64,000 nt of DNA from Verrucomicrobiaceae bacterium (GTDB lineage: Bacteria; Verrucomicrobiota; Verrucomicrobiia; Verrucomicrobiales; Verrucomicrobiaceae), in NCBI GenBank assembly GCA_947440575.1, contig CANETF010000001.1, positions 10,400 to 74,399 of the forward strand, read 5' to 3'. The translations under genes were made by a program, and so were the position numbers. Below the pieces are notes generated by a model. The model saw nothing but the letters and a program-made list of their open reading frames with translations, was not told where the DNA came from and did no database searches. Positions 33,477-43,081 of this stretch are shown piece after piece. The first letter of the stretch is position 1. Each line of letters begins with the position of its first letter.

Positions 33477-34967
33477 TCACGCCAGCAACCCTTTGACCAC
33501 TTCGCCATGCACGTCAGTAAGTCGGAAGTCGCGACCCTGAAAGCGGTAAGTGAGTTTCGTGTGGTCCATGCCGAAGAGATGCAGAATGGTGGCATGGAAA
33601 TCGTGGATGGAAACGGGGTCCCGATCTACATTCCAGGCAAAATCATCAGTCGCGCCATACACTTGACCTCCCTTGATGCCACCGCCAGCCATCCAAAGGC
33701 TGAAGGCGCCAGGGTGGTGGTCTCTACCGGTGATCGCCTTGTTGCCGGGTCGATTTTCACCAAGCGCTGTTCGACCGAATTCGCTGCCCCAGACGACAAG
33801 CGTGGTGTCCAGCAAACCGCGTTGTTTGAGGTCTTTCAGCAGGGCAGCGATAGGCTGGTCGACCATCTGACAGTTATGCGCGAGTTGGGGGTCCAGATTG
33901 CTGTGATGATCCCAGGAGGCATGGATGACATTCACAAAGCGCACACCGCGCTCGACCATCCGGCGCGCCTGGAGGCAATGTCTTGAGAAGGTCTGAAAAT
34001 TGCCGATGCCCCCGAGATTGCTTTTGATTGGAGGCTCGATTCGGTTCACGCCATAGGCATCCAGGGTTGACTGGGTTTCACCTGCGAGATCGACCAATTC
34101 CGGCGCGGCACTTTGCATGCGGAAGGCAAGCTCGTAGCTGTTGATGCGGCTGGCGATTTCGGGGTCACCAATGTGCTTGTGTTGAAGATGGTTCAAATCG
34201 TTCAGCGCAGCGAGGCTGGCGGCCTGCATCTCATTCGTGATCCCATCAGGGTTGGCGAGATTCAACACTGGCGAGTTGCCATTGCGAAACATCACGCCGC
34301 CAAAGGATGACGGTAGAAAGCCGCTCGACCAAGTGGAGCTACCGCCGGGAAGTCCCCGGCCTTTGCTTACCATCACGACATACGAGGGCAGTTCCTGGGA
34401 GGCATTGCCCAGACCGTAAGTGACCCATGAGCCGACGCTAGGACGACCTAAAAGTGCCGCGCCACAGTTCAACATGAGTTGGCCTGGCAAGTGATTGAAC
34501 TGATTGGTGTGCATCGACCGGATGAATGCAATATCATCGGCACAGGTGGCGATGTGAGGCAGTAAATCGGAGATATCCATGCCGCACTGCCCGTGTTTTT
34601 TGAAGACACGTTTGGTGCCCATGACCGTAGCGGTCTCTTTTTGCAGGAAAGCAAACTTTGCATTGCCGATGATGGAGTCAGGGAGAGCCTGCCCGTCATA
34701 CTTGTTCAGCAGCGGTTTCGGATCGAACAAATCCATTTGCGACGGTCCGCCTTCGAGAAAGATGAAGATGCAACGCTCAGCCTTGGGCGCAAAATGCGGT
34801 TGTCGTGCGGCCAGAGGATTAACGTCACCGGCCAGCAAGCCGTCCTGTTTCAGCAGTGACGCCAGCGCGAGCCCGCCCAGACCCGATGAACTGGTCGCGA
34901 GGAAGTCGCGGCGGGTTTGGCGGAAACGTTCTTCGGGGGAAAGGTCCGGAATAAGATTATCGTTCAT
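33477..34967 (-). CDS. DUF1501 domain protein (Tat signal)
   Basis: TRRDFLATSSSGLGGLA; SEFGRTA; GRDHHPGAF; DFHATILHLFGMD. Only 3 nt separate it from the upstream gene. Confidence 0.85.
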   Translation of the reverse strand: MNDNLIPDLSPEERFRQTRRDFLATSSSGLGGLALASLLKQDGLLAGDVNPLAARQPHFAPKAERCIFIFLEGGPSQMDLFDPKPLLNKYDGQALPDSIIGNAKFAFLQKETATVMGTKRVFKKHGQCGMDISDLLPHIATCADDIAFIRSMHTNQFNHLPGQLMLNCGAALLGRPSVGSWVTYGLGNASQELPSYVVMVSKGRGLPGGSSTWSSGFLPSSFGGVMFRNGNSPVLNLANPDGITNEMQAASLAALNDLNHLQHKHIGDPEIASRINSYELAFRMQSAAPELVDLAGETQSTLDAYGVNRIEPPIKSNLGGIGNFQTFSRHCLQARRMVERGVRFVNVIHASWDHHSNLDPQLAHNCQMVDQPIAALLKDLKQRGLLDTTLVVWGSEFGRTALGENRPGNKAITGRDHHPGAFSLWMAGGGIKGGQVYGATDDFAWNVDRDPVSIHDFHATILHLFGMDHTKLTYRFQGRDFRLTDVHGEVVKGLLA

Positions 34968-34970
34968 GTT

Positions 34971-37130
34971 CTAAGGCCTGTTGATAAACTCATCCAGATT
35001 CATGAGCACCCTAGCAAGACCTACCAGAGTCGCTGTCTGTAGGCGTTGATCGGAGGGGGTGGTGGATTCGATGATGCCGAGAATGTTAAGGGCCTCTTTT
35101 CCGCCGGATTCGACGCGGGCATAGTGCTCGTGGTAAAAGGCATTGAGGCGCTGAATCTCTGCAGAGATTGGCGGGCGATTCAGGACGAGGAAGAAAAGAT
35201 GGCGGAGGCGCAGGTCTATGTCCTTTGGAGCTTCGCGAATGACGCGGAGAGCCAGCGCTTGGGCGGCCTCGACGAAAACGGGATCGTTCATCATGGTGAG
35301 GGCTTGCAAGGGTGTATTGCTGCGCTCTCGGCGCACGCAGGCGTCCGCAGCGTCAGGAGCATCAAATGTCGTCAGCATCGGATAGAGCAAGCTGCGCATG
35401 GTGAGTATGTAAATGCCACGGCGGTAACGTTCATTGCTCTGGCTGACCTCCCATTTCACCGAGCGACCGACGTCAAAGATATCACCGGGAAGCGGCGGTT
35501 TGATGCTGGGGCCACCCAAGTTGCGCGTGAGCAGGCCACTGGCGCACAGTGCGGAGTCACGAAGGATTTCGGCATCTAGGCGCAATCGGTTTTGCCGTGA
35601 AAGCAGTCGGTTGAGAGGATCGAAAGTGGTAATGTCTTTCCGATGGGCAGAGCTCTGTCGATAGGTGTCGGAGGTGACGATGAGGCGGATCAGTTGTTTG
35701 CGGCTCCAGCCCTGGCGCATGAACTGAAAAGCCAAGAAGTCGAGCAGTTCAGGATGCGAGGGAGGCTCACCGGTGGCTCCAAAATCATCGGGCGTGCCAA
35801 CGAGGCCGACGCCAAAAAATTTGCTCCAGAGGTGGTTCACCGCCACCCGGCGGGTGAGCGGGTGTTGAGGTGAGACAAGCCAACGAGCAAGATCCAGGCG
35901 GTTGGCTTCATGTTGTCCCGATTGCTGAAGAGCGGGCAGAGCAGACGGGCTTGCGGGAATGACATCGGGACCTCGACGGGCGTAATCACCGGCCATGTGG
36001 ACGTAGGTTTGACGTCGATCCTGCGTGATCTCAGCAAGCGCGGGTGCTTTGGTGCTGCTTTCATCACGGTCCTCGGTGTTGTTGAAGAAGGCGTATAGGC
36101 TGTAGTAGTCGCGGATGGTGATGGGGTCATACTTGTGCGTGTGGCATTGAGCACAGCCGACGGTCAGTCCCATCCAAACACGGCCCGTGGTATTGACACG
36201 ATCGGCGAGGTTTTGAAAACGCGCCTCCTCCTTGTCCACGCCGGCCTCGGTATTCAAAGCGGCATTGCGGTGAAAGCCGGTGGCGGCAAGCTGCGTGGTG
36301 GTGGGGTTTGGGAGGAGATCACCTGCGATTTGCTCAATGGTGAACTGGTCGAAGGGGAGATCACGATTGATGGCGTCGATCACCCAGTCACGATACTTCC
36401 AAGCATTTGGCCGCACGGCATCACCCAGGAATCCATTGCTGTCGGCATAACGTGCCATGTCCAGCCAGTGACGCGCCCAGCGTTCTCCAAAGTGGGGAGA
36501 GGCTAGAAGACGGTCAACAAGGCGGAGATAGGGCAGATCAGAGTCGGGCAAACGTAGGCATTCGGCGGCAAACTCCTCCACTTCTTCGGATGTCGGTGGA
36601 AGCCCTGTGACGTCGAGAGAAACGCGACGGATGAGTGTGGCGGGATCAGCCTGAGGCGCGGGCTTGAGGTGGTGACTTGAGAGCTCAGCGCGGATGAACG
36701 CGTCGATTGGATGGGACGCTTCTCCCGGTGGCGGAATGGGGTCTCGAATGGGTTGAAAAGACCAATGCTGCTGGTACTCCGCGCCTTCTGCGATCCACTG
36801 GCGGAAGAGCAATCGCTCCGAATCAGTGAGCTGTTTGGGGGACGAGGGAGGCGGCATGACCTCTTCGACATCGCGTGAAGTGATGCGCTTCCAGAATTCG
36901 CTCCGATCGGGTTGTCCGGGTCGGATTGCCTCTCGAGTGGCATCAGCGCGCACATCAAGTCGCAGATCCGCCTCGCGCTTGTCTTCGTCGGGTCCATGGC
37001 ATGCGTAGCATTTGGCGGCGAGGATGGGGCGGATGTCGCGATTGAACTGGACTCGTTCGGAGGCCATCAATGCGAGACCCGGCAAAAGCCAGAGACTCAG
37101 ACAGCAAAACCGGGGCGATGCGATGGTCAT
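34971..37130 (-). CDS. PSCyt / DUF1549 / DUF1553 protein (no discoidin insert)
   Basis: CYACHG; RRVSLDVTGLPPTSEEVEEF; CAQCHTHKYDPIT; NHLWSKFFGVGLVGTPDDFG; the C-terminal MNLDEFINRP corresponds to the SNEFLF-type end. Confidence 0.85.
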   Translation of the reverse strand: MTIASPRFCCLSLWLLPGLALMASERVQFNRDIRPILAAKCYACHGPDEDKREADLRLDVRADATREAIRPGQPDRSEFWKRITSRDVEEVMPPPSSPKQLTDSERLLFRQWIAEGAEYQQHWSFQPIRDPIPPPGEASHPIDAFIRAELSSHHLKPAPQADPATLIRRVSLDVTGLPPTSEEVEEFAAECLRLPDSDLPYLRLVDRLLASPHFGERWARHWLDMARYADSNGFLGDAVRPNAWKYRDWVIDAINRDLPFDQFTIEQIAGDLLPNPTTTQLAATGFHRNAALNTEAGVDKEEARFQNLADRVNTTGRVWMGLTVGCAQCHTHKYDPITIRDYYSLYAFFNNTEDRDESSTKAPALAEITQDRRQTYVHMAGDYARRGPDVIPASPSALPALQQSGQHEANRLDLARWLVSPQHPLTRRVAVNHLWSKFFGVGLVGTPDDFGATGEPPSHPELLDFLAFQFMRQGWSRKQLIRLIVTSDTYRQSSAHRKDITTFDPLNRLLSRQNRLRLDAEILRDSALCASGLLTRNLGGPSIKPPLPGDIFDVGRSVKWEVSQSNERYRRGIYILTMRSLLYPMLTTFDAPDAADACVRRERSNTPLQALTMMNDPVFVEAAQALALRVIREAPKDIDLRLRHLFFLVLNRPPISAEIQRLNAFYHEHYARVESGGKEALNILGIIESTTPSDQRLQTATLVGLARVLMNLDEFINRP

Positions 37131-37139
37131 GGTGAGAAG

Positions 37140-39104
37140 TTACTTGGCCCGATAAGCCTCGACTTCAGTCGTAAAGGCAAAGGTGTTGGGAAATCCTCCC
37201 GCCTCCTGGAGATGATGATCCAGGTAGGTCAGGCGGATATGTCGCGCCTCGACATCCGGGAACGAGACAGAAGTCTGTTCGGCCTGGGCGAGGGGGAAGA
37301 CATGGCGGCCAACCTCTTTGAAATTTTGGCCATCGTTGCTCAGGGAGATGGCGACCGTCTTGGTTGAGCCAATCTCGGGCGTACCCAACCTGATGAGATT
37401 CAGGGTTTGGGACTGCTTCAAATCAATGGTGACGTGTTTGGGAAAGGCGTCTGCGTTACTGGTGGCGAAGCAATGGGGAGCCCGGGTAGCCCAAGAGCCA
37501 TCCGTCAGACCCATGTCCCATGCCCAAACGTTTTTGTCACTGCTGATCCATTTGCAATCACGTGCCAAGTTGGGTCCAAGGTCGGGATCGACAGGCCAAT
37601 GGGTGTGGAAGGCGGTTGCTGGGAGTCCGTCCTTGTCCATGAGATTCGGAATGGCGGTTTTACTCCAGGCAAAACGGATGCGACGGGGCTGGGTTACTTT
37701 GGGTGACGTGACGATGACGCTATCGCCTTCGATGGTGGCAGCGCCTTCCTGGAAAAGTCCATCGCGCCCAGCGATTTCGAAATGGGTGGGTCGCTTGCCA
37801 TCGCGGGTGGCGAGCCCGGTGGAGGTGTTGTCGAACTTCACACGGATGGCGGGGCCTTCGATGGCGTGGCTGGCATAGAGCGGGCCACTGGGGTCCACGT
37901 CGCTGCGGCCATAGGTTTTGGCGAGAGCCCAGAGGGAGAGTCGTCGGGCGACTTCCTTCTTGTGGGCGGGATGGATATCCGGGACTTCGCCGATATCAGA
38001 AATGACAGCCATTCCGGTATGCGGGATGCGCAGGCATTCGCGTTGCGCCTGCCAGAACTGGGGCAAGATTTCGGGGTCTTCCTCTCCATATTGGAACGGG
38101 GCGATTTGAACGAAGTAGAACGGCAGTTCGGGCTGTTGGAAAGCGGTGCGCCAAGAAGCCAGCAAGGCTTTCTTTTTATCCGTGTAGACAAAGCCCTCAT
38201 TGTGATTGGACTCGCCTTGATACCAAATGGCACCCCGAATTGCGAAGGGCACCAGGGGATGGATCATGGCGTTGTAAAGCGCGGTGGGGGTGCCTGCACC
38301 GGCATTAAGAGTGGCTGGCTGGGCGGGGAGCGCGGGTACGGCTTGTTTGTTCTCCAGGGCAGAGCGGGCTGTCTTCGACCAGGTTTCGACAGCGGCGAGG
38401 TGCTCCTCCTGTTTGCGGCGGTAGGCGGCACTGCCTGGGAGCTTGGCTTGGACATCAGCGGCAAACTCCTTCAACTCAGGCACCTCATCGAAGCCCGCCT
38501 CGCTCGTCCACGGTTCAATGCGAGTGCCGCCCCAGGCGCTTTGAATGATGCCGACTGGAACATTGAGCTCCGAATGCAATTTGAGTCCAAAGTAGTAACC
38601 GACGGCAGAGAAGCTGGCGACACTCTCGGGAGTGCAGGGCGACCAGAAAGCGGGAACGTTGTCCTGTGGGGTGAGCGCAACCGTTTTGGGGATCTCGATG
38701 ATACGCAAGTTAGGATGTGTGGTGTTCGGAATGTCGGCTTTGGAATCCGGCTTCATTTGCATTTCCCATTCCATGTTGGACTGCCCTGACGCGAGCCAAA
38801 CCTCACCAACGAGTACGTCTTGAATTGAAAGGGAGCCAATTTTCAGAAGTTGTGGCTCGGCGTTGGCTGGCATGGGGTCCAAGGTGAGGTTCCATCGGCC
38901 TGCGGCATTGGCCTGGGTGGTTTTTTTCTGATTGGCAAATTCCACCGTCACTTCCTCACCAGAATCAGCTTGTCCCCAAATAGGCACCGGCTTATCCCGC
39001 TGGAGGACCATGTGATCACTGAAGATGGAAGGCATTTTCACCGCAGCGGAGCCGTTTGAAACGAGAGCAAAGAGGATTAGAGAGGCAGGAATGAGAAGGC
39101 GCAT
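37140..39104 (-). CDS. sialate O-acetylesterase family esterase with C-terminal F5/8 type C (discoidin) domain
   Basis: Signal peptide; GQSNMEW catalytic Ser block; WYQGESN; DIHPAHKK. C-terminal discoidin-like domain (HVTIDLKQSQTLNLIRL...ARHIRLTYL). ATG at 39104 is preferred over the TTG at 39122. Confidence 0.85.
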   Translation of the reverse strand: MRLLIPASLILFALVSNGSAAVKMPSIFSDHMVLQRDKPVPIWGQADSGEEVTVEFANQKKTTQANAAGRWNLTLDPMPANAEPQLLKIGSLSIQDVLVGEVWLASGQSNMEWEMQMKPDSKADIPNTTHPNLRIIEIPKTVALTPQDNVPAFWSPCTPESVASFSAVGYYFGLKLHSELNVPVGIIQSAWGGTRIEPWTSEAGFDEVPELKEFAADVQAKLPGSAAYRRKQEEHLAAVETWSKTARSALENKQAVPALPAQPATLNAGAGTPTALYNAMIHPLVPFAIRGAIWYQGESNHNEGFVYTDKKKALLASWRTAFQQPELPFYFVQIAPFQYGEEDPEILPQFWQAQRECLRIPHTGMAVISDIGEVPDIHPAHKKEVARRLSLWALAKTYGRSDVDPSGPLYASHAIEGPAIRVKFDNTSTGLATRDGKRPTHFEIAGRDGLFQEGAATIEGDSVIVTSPKVTQPRRIRFAWSKTAIPNLMDKDGLPATAFHTHWPVDPDLGPNLARDCKWISSDKNVWAWDMGLTDGSWATRAPHCFATSNADAFPKHVTIDLKQSQTLNLIRLGTPEIGSTKTVAISLSNDGQNFKEVGRHVFPLAQAEQTSVSFPDVEARHIRLTYLDHHLQEAGGFPNTFAFTTEVEAYRAK

Positions 39105-39232
39105 AACGGGAGAATCCTTCAACGCCGCGAAAAGAGCCCATCTGGCAATGCTGTTTGCGGTTCACTCGCGAAGCTCAGCGCTATCTCGATCACAATAAGA
39201 AGAGCACCTTGTGCGTTTTGCAAAATAGGGGC

Positions 39233-41392
39233 ATGAAAACCCTTTCCCTTCCGTTTTCACTGCTCATGTCTGCCACCAATCGCCTGCCCTTGCTTCCAAC
39301 TTTTGGCTTTCTCAGCCTGCTTAGTGCTTTCTTGCTGTTTCAAGTTCAGCCGTTGATCAGCAAATTCATTCTGCCCTGGTTTGGCGGGAGTCCTGGTGTG
39401 TGGACGACTTGCATGCTGTTCTTCCAGGTGGTGCTTTTTGGTGGCTATGCCTACGCGCATTTTTTGACGCGGTTGCCGCATCGTTGGCAGGGGATCATTC
39501 ATGCGTGTTTGATTGTGGCAGCCTTAGCTTGTCTGCCAATCACACCCAATGAAGCCTGGAAGCCAATGGGGGATGAAGATCCTGCGGGGCGCATTCTAGC
39601 GCTGCTTTTAGCAACGGTGGGACTGCCGTATTTTGTTCTGTCGAGCACGGGTCCGCTCGTACAGGTCTGGTTTACCCGAGCGACGAGCGGAGGCAGTCCG
39701 TGGCGGCTTTACGCGTTGTCGAATGCCGGTTCGTTGGCCGCGCTGCTGAGCTATCCCTTCTTCTTTGAGGTGCGATGGGATGTCACTGGGCAGACGTGGC
39801 TTTGGTCCGGGGCGTTCTTGATCTTCGCGGCGCTTTCGGCGGCCATCGCCTGGCGGGATCGGGCGTTGCGGGTCGAGGAAGCCTTGCCCAATGCCGCACT
39901 CAGCCCGGAAGTGAAGCCGGTGACCTGGTCGAAGCGGGTGCTTTGGGTGTTGCTGCCAGCCCTGGCAAGTGTGTTGCTCTTGGCGACCACCAACCACGTT
40001 TGTCAGGATGTGGCAGTGATTCCCTTCCTCTGGGTGGTGCCGCTGAGTTTGTATCTGGTCACGTTCATCATTTGCTTTGAGCATGAGCGCTGGTATCGGC
40101 CACTGCTTTGGGCAACTCCGGCGATGTTGCTGGTGTTTTTGGCGGCGGTTTACGGGGGATTAGATTTGACCAGCGGCAGTGTGATTCCGATGCCGTTCGG
40201 TCTGGAGTGGAAGATGCCGTGGAGCATCGAGATCACCTACAAGATGGAACTCTTCATTTGCTTCGGAGCGATGTTCCTCGCGGTCATGGTTTGCCACGGG
40301 GAATTGACGCGATTGAAACCCGATCCCAGGCATTTAACCGAGTTTTACCTGCTGATGTCGGCAGGAGGCGCTTTGGGAGGTTTGCTGGTGAGTCTGGTAG
40401 CGCCTCGGGTGTTTGATAGCTATCGCGAGTGGCCGTGGGGATTAATGGTGGCGTTTGGGGTCGCGGCCTTGGTGGCGACACGGGAGATTCGACGTTTGGA
40501 GATTCGCTGGGTTCGCGGGATACTCTATTTTGTCGGTTTTGCCTTATTGATTGGGGGCCCTTCCATGATGCATCGATGGGGTCCCAAAGATGAAGAACGA
40601 TTGGAACGGGTACGCAATTTCTATGGCGTTGTCTCTGTGGCTGAGGACTACGATTACGACTATGACATGGCCTGGCGCAGCCTTTATCACTGTGGCATCA
40701 TGCATGGCATGCAGAACATGGGCGATAGCCTGAAGGAGAAACCTTTTTCGTATTATGGTGAGGAAACCGGTGTGGGTCGAGCCCTACTTGTGGCACAGGC
40801 AAAGCCGGACGCTCGGGTGGGTGTGGTGGGCATGGGAACGGGAACGGCGCTTTGCTATGGCAGTAAGGGCCATGTCTGGCGATTTTACGAAATCAACCCC
40901 GTCGTTGAGAGGCTTGCCAAGACTTACTTCACCTACATGGAAGACTTTCAGAAACGTGGAGGAGTGCTCGAGATCGTGAACGGAGATGGAAGATTGGCCC
41001 TAGAAAAGGAGGAGTCCCAGCAATTTGACATCCTGCTGCTGGACGCTTTCAGCGGTGACTCGGTGCCGATGCACTTGCTGACGCGTGAAGCCTTTCAGAT
41101 TTATGAACGGCACATGAAGCCGAATGGCATCATTGCGGTGAACTGCACTAACCGCTACATCGCGCTGGCTTCAGTGATCTACAAAATTGCGGATGATCTA
41201 GGTTATGGCAAAACCCGGATCGGCACGGATTTGGATGGGGACCATGAAATCACGGATTATGTTTTGCTGACGCGTGATGAAGCCTTTCTGAAGGCCAATC
41301 CGCCTGAGTCACCCTTTGATGAGGTGCTGCTGGACGTGCCGGTTTGGACCGACCGTCGGCACAATTTGTTTGAGATTTTGGAGAAAGACTGA
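39233..41392 (+). CDS. fused polytopic membrane domain / spermidine-synthase-like methyltransferase-fold protein
   Basis: The N-terminal ~450 aa has many TM helices (LLFQVQPLISKFILPWFGGSPGVW opening). The C-terminus has GVVGMGTGT, ILLLDAFSGDSVPMHLLT and PNGIIAVN, typical of the spermidine synthase fold. ATG at 39233. Confidence 0.7.
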   Translation: MKTLSLPFSLLMSATNRLPLLPTFGFLSLLSAFLLFQVQPLISKFILPWFGGSPGVWTTCMLFFQVVLFGGYAYAHFLTRLPHRWQGIIHACLIVAALACLPITPNEAWKPMGDEDPAGRILALLLATVGLPYFVLSSTGPLVQVWFTRATSGGSPWRLYALSNAGSLAALLSYPFFFEVRWDVTGQTWLWSGAFLIFAALSAAIAWRDRALRVEEALPNAALSPEVKPVTWSKRVLWVLLPALASVLLLATTNHVCQDVAVIPFLWVVPLSLYLVTFIICFEHERWYRPLLWATPAMLLVFLAAVYGGLDLTSGSVIPMPFGLEWKMPWSIEITYKMELFICFGAMFLAVMVCHGELTRLKPDPRHLTEFYLLMSAGGALGGLLVSLVAPRVFDSYREWPWGLMVAFGVAALVATREIRRLEIRWVRGILYFVGFALLIGGPSMMHRWGPKDEERLERVRNFYGVVSVAEDYDYDYDMAWRSLYHCGIMHGMQNMGDSLKEKPFSYYGEETGVGRALLVAQAKPDARVGVVGMGTGTALCYGSKGHVWRFYEINPVVERLAKTYFTYMEDFQKRGGVLEIVNGDGRLALEKEESQQFDILLLDAFSGDSVPMHLLTREAFQIYERHMKPNGIIAVNCTNRYIALASVIYKIADDLGYGKTRIGTDLDGDHEITDYVLLTRDEAFLKANPPESPFDEVLLDVPVWTDRRHNLFEILEKD

Positions 41393-41398
41393 GGGGGC

Positions 41399-42316
41399 TT
41401 ACAGTCCGAAGGCGGCGTCCATTTCCTGGGCAACGCCTTTCAGATAATCGAAGTCTCCGCCTGCCACCTCTGCGGCGAGCCAGCCGTGGAAGTTGATTTC
41501 GTGGAGGGCTTTGCGCACGTCTGCGTAGTCGATATCGCCCTGGCCGATGGGGGTGAATTTCCCCTCGGCGCGGGAGAAGCCCTTGACATCCAACTTGATC
41601 ACCCGCTTGCCGAGTTGCCGGATCCAGTCGCCCATGCTACCGTATTTCCAGTGGTTGCCGATATCAAATTGCATGCCGACCCAGGGCGAATTGAAGGCAT
41701 CGACGTACTGAACAAATTTGGCTGCGGTTTGATCCGAGCCTCCGTCGTGGTCATAGCAAAATTGGTTCCAGACGTTTTCTATCACGATCGAAACCCCGAG
41801 TTCCGCAGCAAGGGGGACTGCCTTGGAAATGTTTTCAACGGACCGAGCCCAGATTTCGGCTTCCGGACCGTCTTCACCTTTACCGACAACAACCAAAGCC
41901 GTATGACCCCCAACAGCGTGGGTATCCCGGATTGCTTGCTTGAGGTCTTCGAGCGCCTGAGCGCGAGTGGCGTCATCTGCACTGGTGTGACGAATTTTCC
42001 AGTGGCTGGCACCGACCGTTCCGTCGACAGGCAAACCACTGTCTGCGATGGCCTGCCGAACTTCAGCGACGTTGTAGCCTGGGGCTTGCAGTTCGACACC
42101 CATGAAGCCAGCTTCTTTGGCAGCGCGAAACTTGGCGGTGAGGCCGCCATCGACTTTGATCATTCCTATTTTGAGCGTTTTGTATAGCCGACCCGCCAGG
42201 GCGTTGGGGACTTTTGGGTTAGCGAACGCTGCGTTTTCACGGCTTAAAAAGCTTCCGGCAAGGGCTGCGCTACTCCACTGAAAAAAACGGCGGCGGTTGG
42301 GGGCGAAATCTGACAT
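41399..42316 (-). CDS. sugar phosphate isomerase/epimerase (xylose-isomerase-like TIM barrel), Tat signal
   Basis: NRRRFFQWSSAALAGSF leader. TIM-barrel family pattern (GFMGVELQ, SIVIENVWN, QFDIGNHWKYG, HGWLAAEV). Confidence 0.75.
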   Translation of the reverse strand: MSDFAPNRRRFFQWSSAALAGSFLSRENAAFANPKVPNALAGRLYKTLKIGMIKVDGGLTAKFRAAKEAGFMGVELQAPGYNVAEVRQAIADSGLPVDGTVGASHWKIRHTSADDATRAQALEDLKQAIRDTHAVGGHTALVVVGKGEDGPEAEIWARSVENISKAVPLAAELGVSIVIENVWNQFCYDHDGGSDQTAAKFVQYVDAFNSPWVGMQFDIGNHWKYGSMGDWIRQLGKRVIKLDVKGFSRAEGKFTPIGQGDIDYADVRKALHEINFHGWLAAEVAGGDFDYLKGVAQEMDAAFGL

Positions 42317-42328
42317 GCCACCATTACG

Positions 42329-43081
42329 CTAGGATTCGGGAGGCTTTACAAGTTCATTGGTGCGGTGAAGCTCCCTTTTTCTTCGCGACCAAATGACCAG
42401 GATCATGGTGGTCAGCGTGAACCCCACAGCGGCAATCCAATACCCTGAATCCTGGAGATACGATGTCCGATTTGGCGCGCTGGCCGGAGCTTTCAGATAG
42501 CCCGTGTCGTAGGTATACTCGGGCTCTTCAAAGGAGAAGGGTACGTCTAAAGTTTGGCCATCCTGCACATAGGTGCCTCGAATGGTTTGCAGCGTTCCGG
42601 TTTGTTCGAAGATTTCAAACCCGATCCAAAAATCCTCAAGCAAAGGCTCGATGGCGAATTCAAAGGTCACGTCCATGTTGCGGCCTTCATACTGCGCGGG
42701 CGGCATGGGTGATGTGGATTGCGGGTCTGGCCAAAGGTAATCAAAACGGGCCTGGTCTCCCCATCTGGAAGGCTTTTGGTTCACTTCAAGCCTGACATGG
42801 CTGTTGAGGTAAGCGACCAATTGCTGTTCAGCCGATTTGAGCTCGGTGAAATCGAGGTTGCCGTCGCCATTGCCATCCACTCGGAGAAATCGGGTGAGGG
42901 TCAAAAGATTGAAGGTGAACCTTACTCCCAACTGATTGGGCAGGATCTGTACGCGCATGTCACTTTGATCCGCAGGATGACTCCAAGCGATCTCAGTGAA
43001 ATAGTTCGAAACGATCACCCAAAACAAGACGGCGAAGTGCCACTGACGACCTTGGGGAATGCGAATCGCTGAATTGATCAT
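42329..43081 (-). CDS. hypothetical membrane-anchored protein with an EF-hand-like Ca-binding loop
   Basis: N-terminal hydrophobic segment ending AWS|HPAD, a DGNGDGNLDFTEL loop, and a C-terminal TM helix (YWIAAVGFTLTTMILVIW) followed by a basic tail. I do not recognise the family. Confidence 0.55.
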   Translation of the reverse strand: MINSAIRIPQGRQWHFAVLFWVIVSNYFTEIAWSHPADQSDMRVQILPNQLGVRFTFNLLTLTRFLRVDGNGDGNLDFTELKSAEQQLVAYLNSHVRLEVNQKPSRWGDQARFDYLWPDPQSTSPMPPAQYEGRNMDVTFEFAIEPLLEDFWIGFEIFEQTGTLQTIRGTYVQDGQTLDVPFSFEEPEYTYDTGYLKAPASAPNRTSYLQDSGYWIAAVGFTLTTMILVIWSRRKRELHRTNELVKPPES

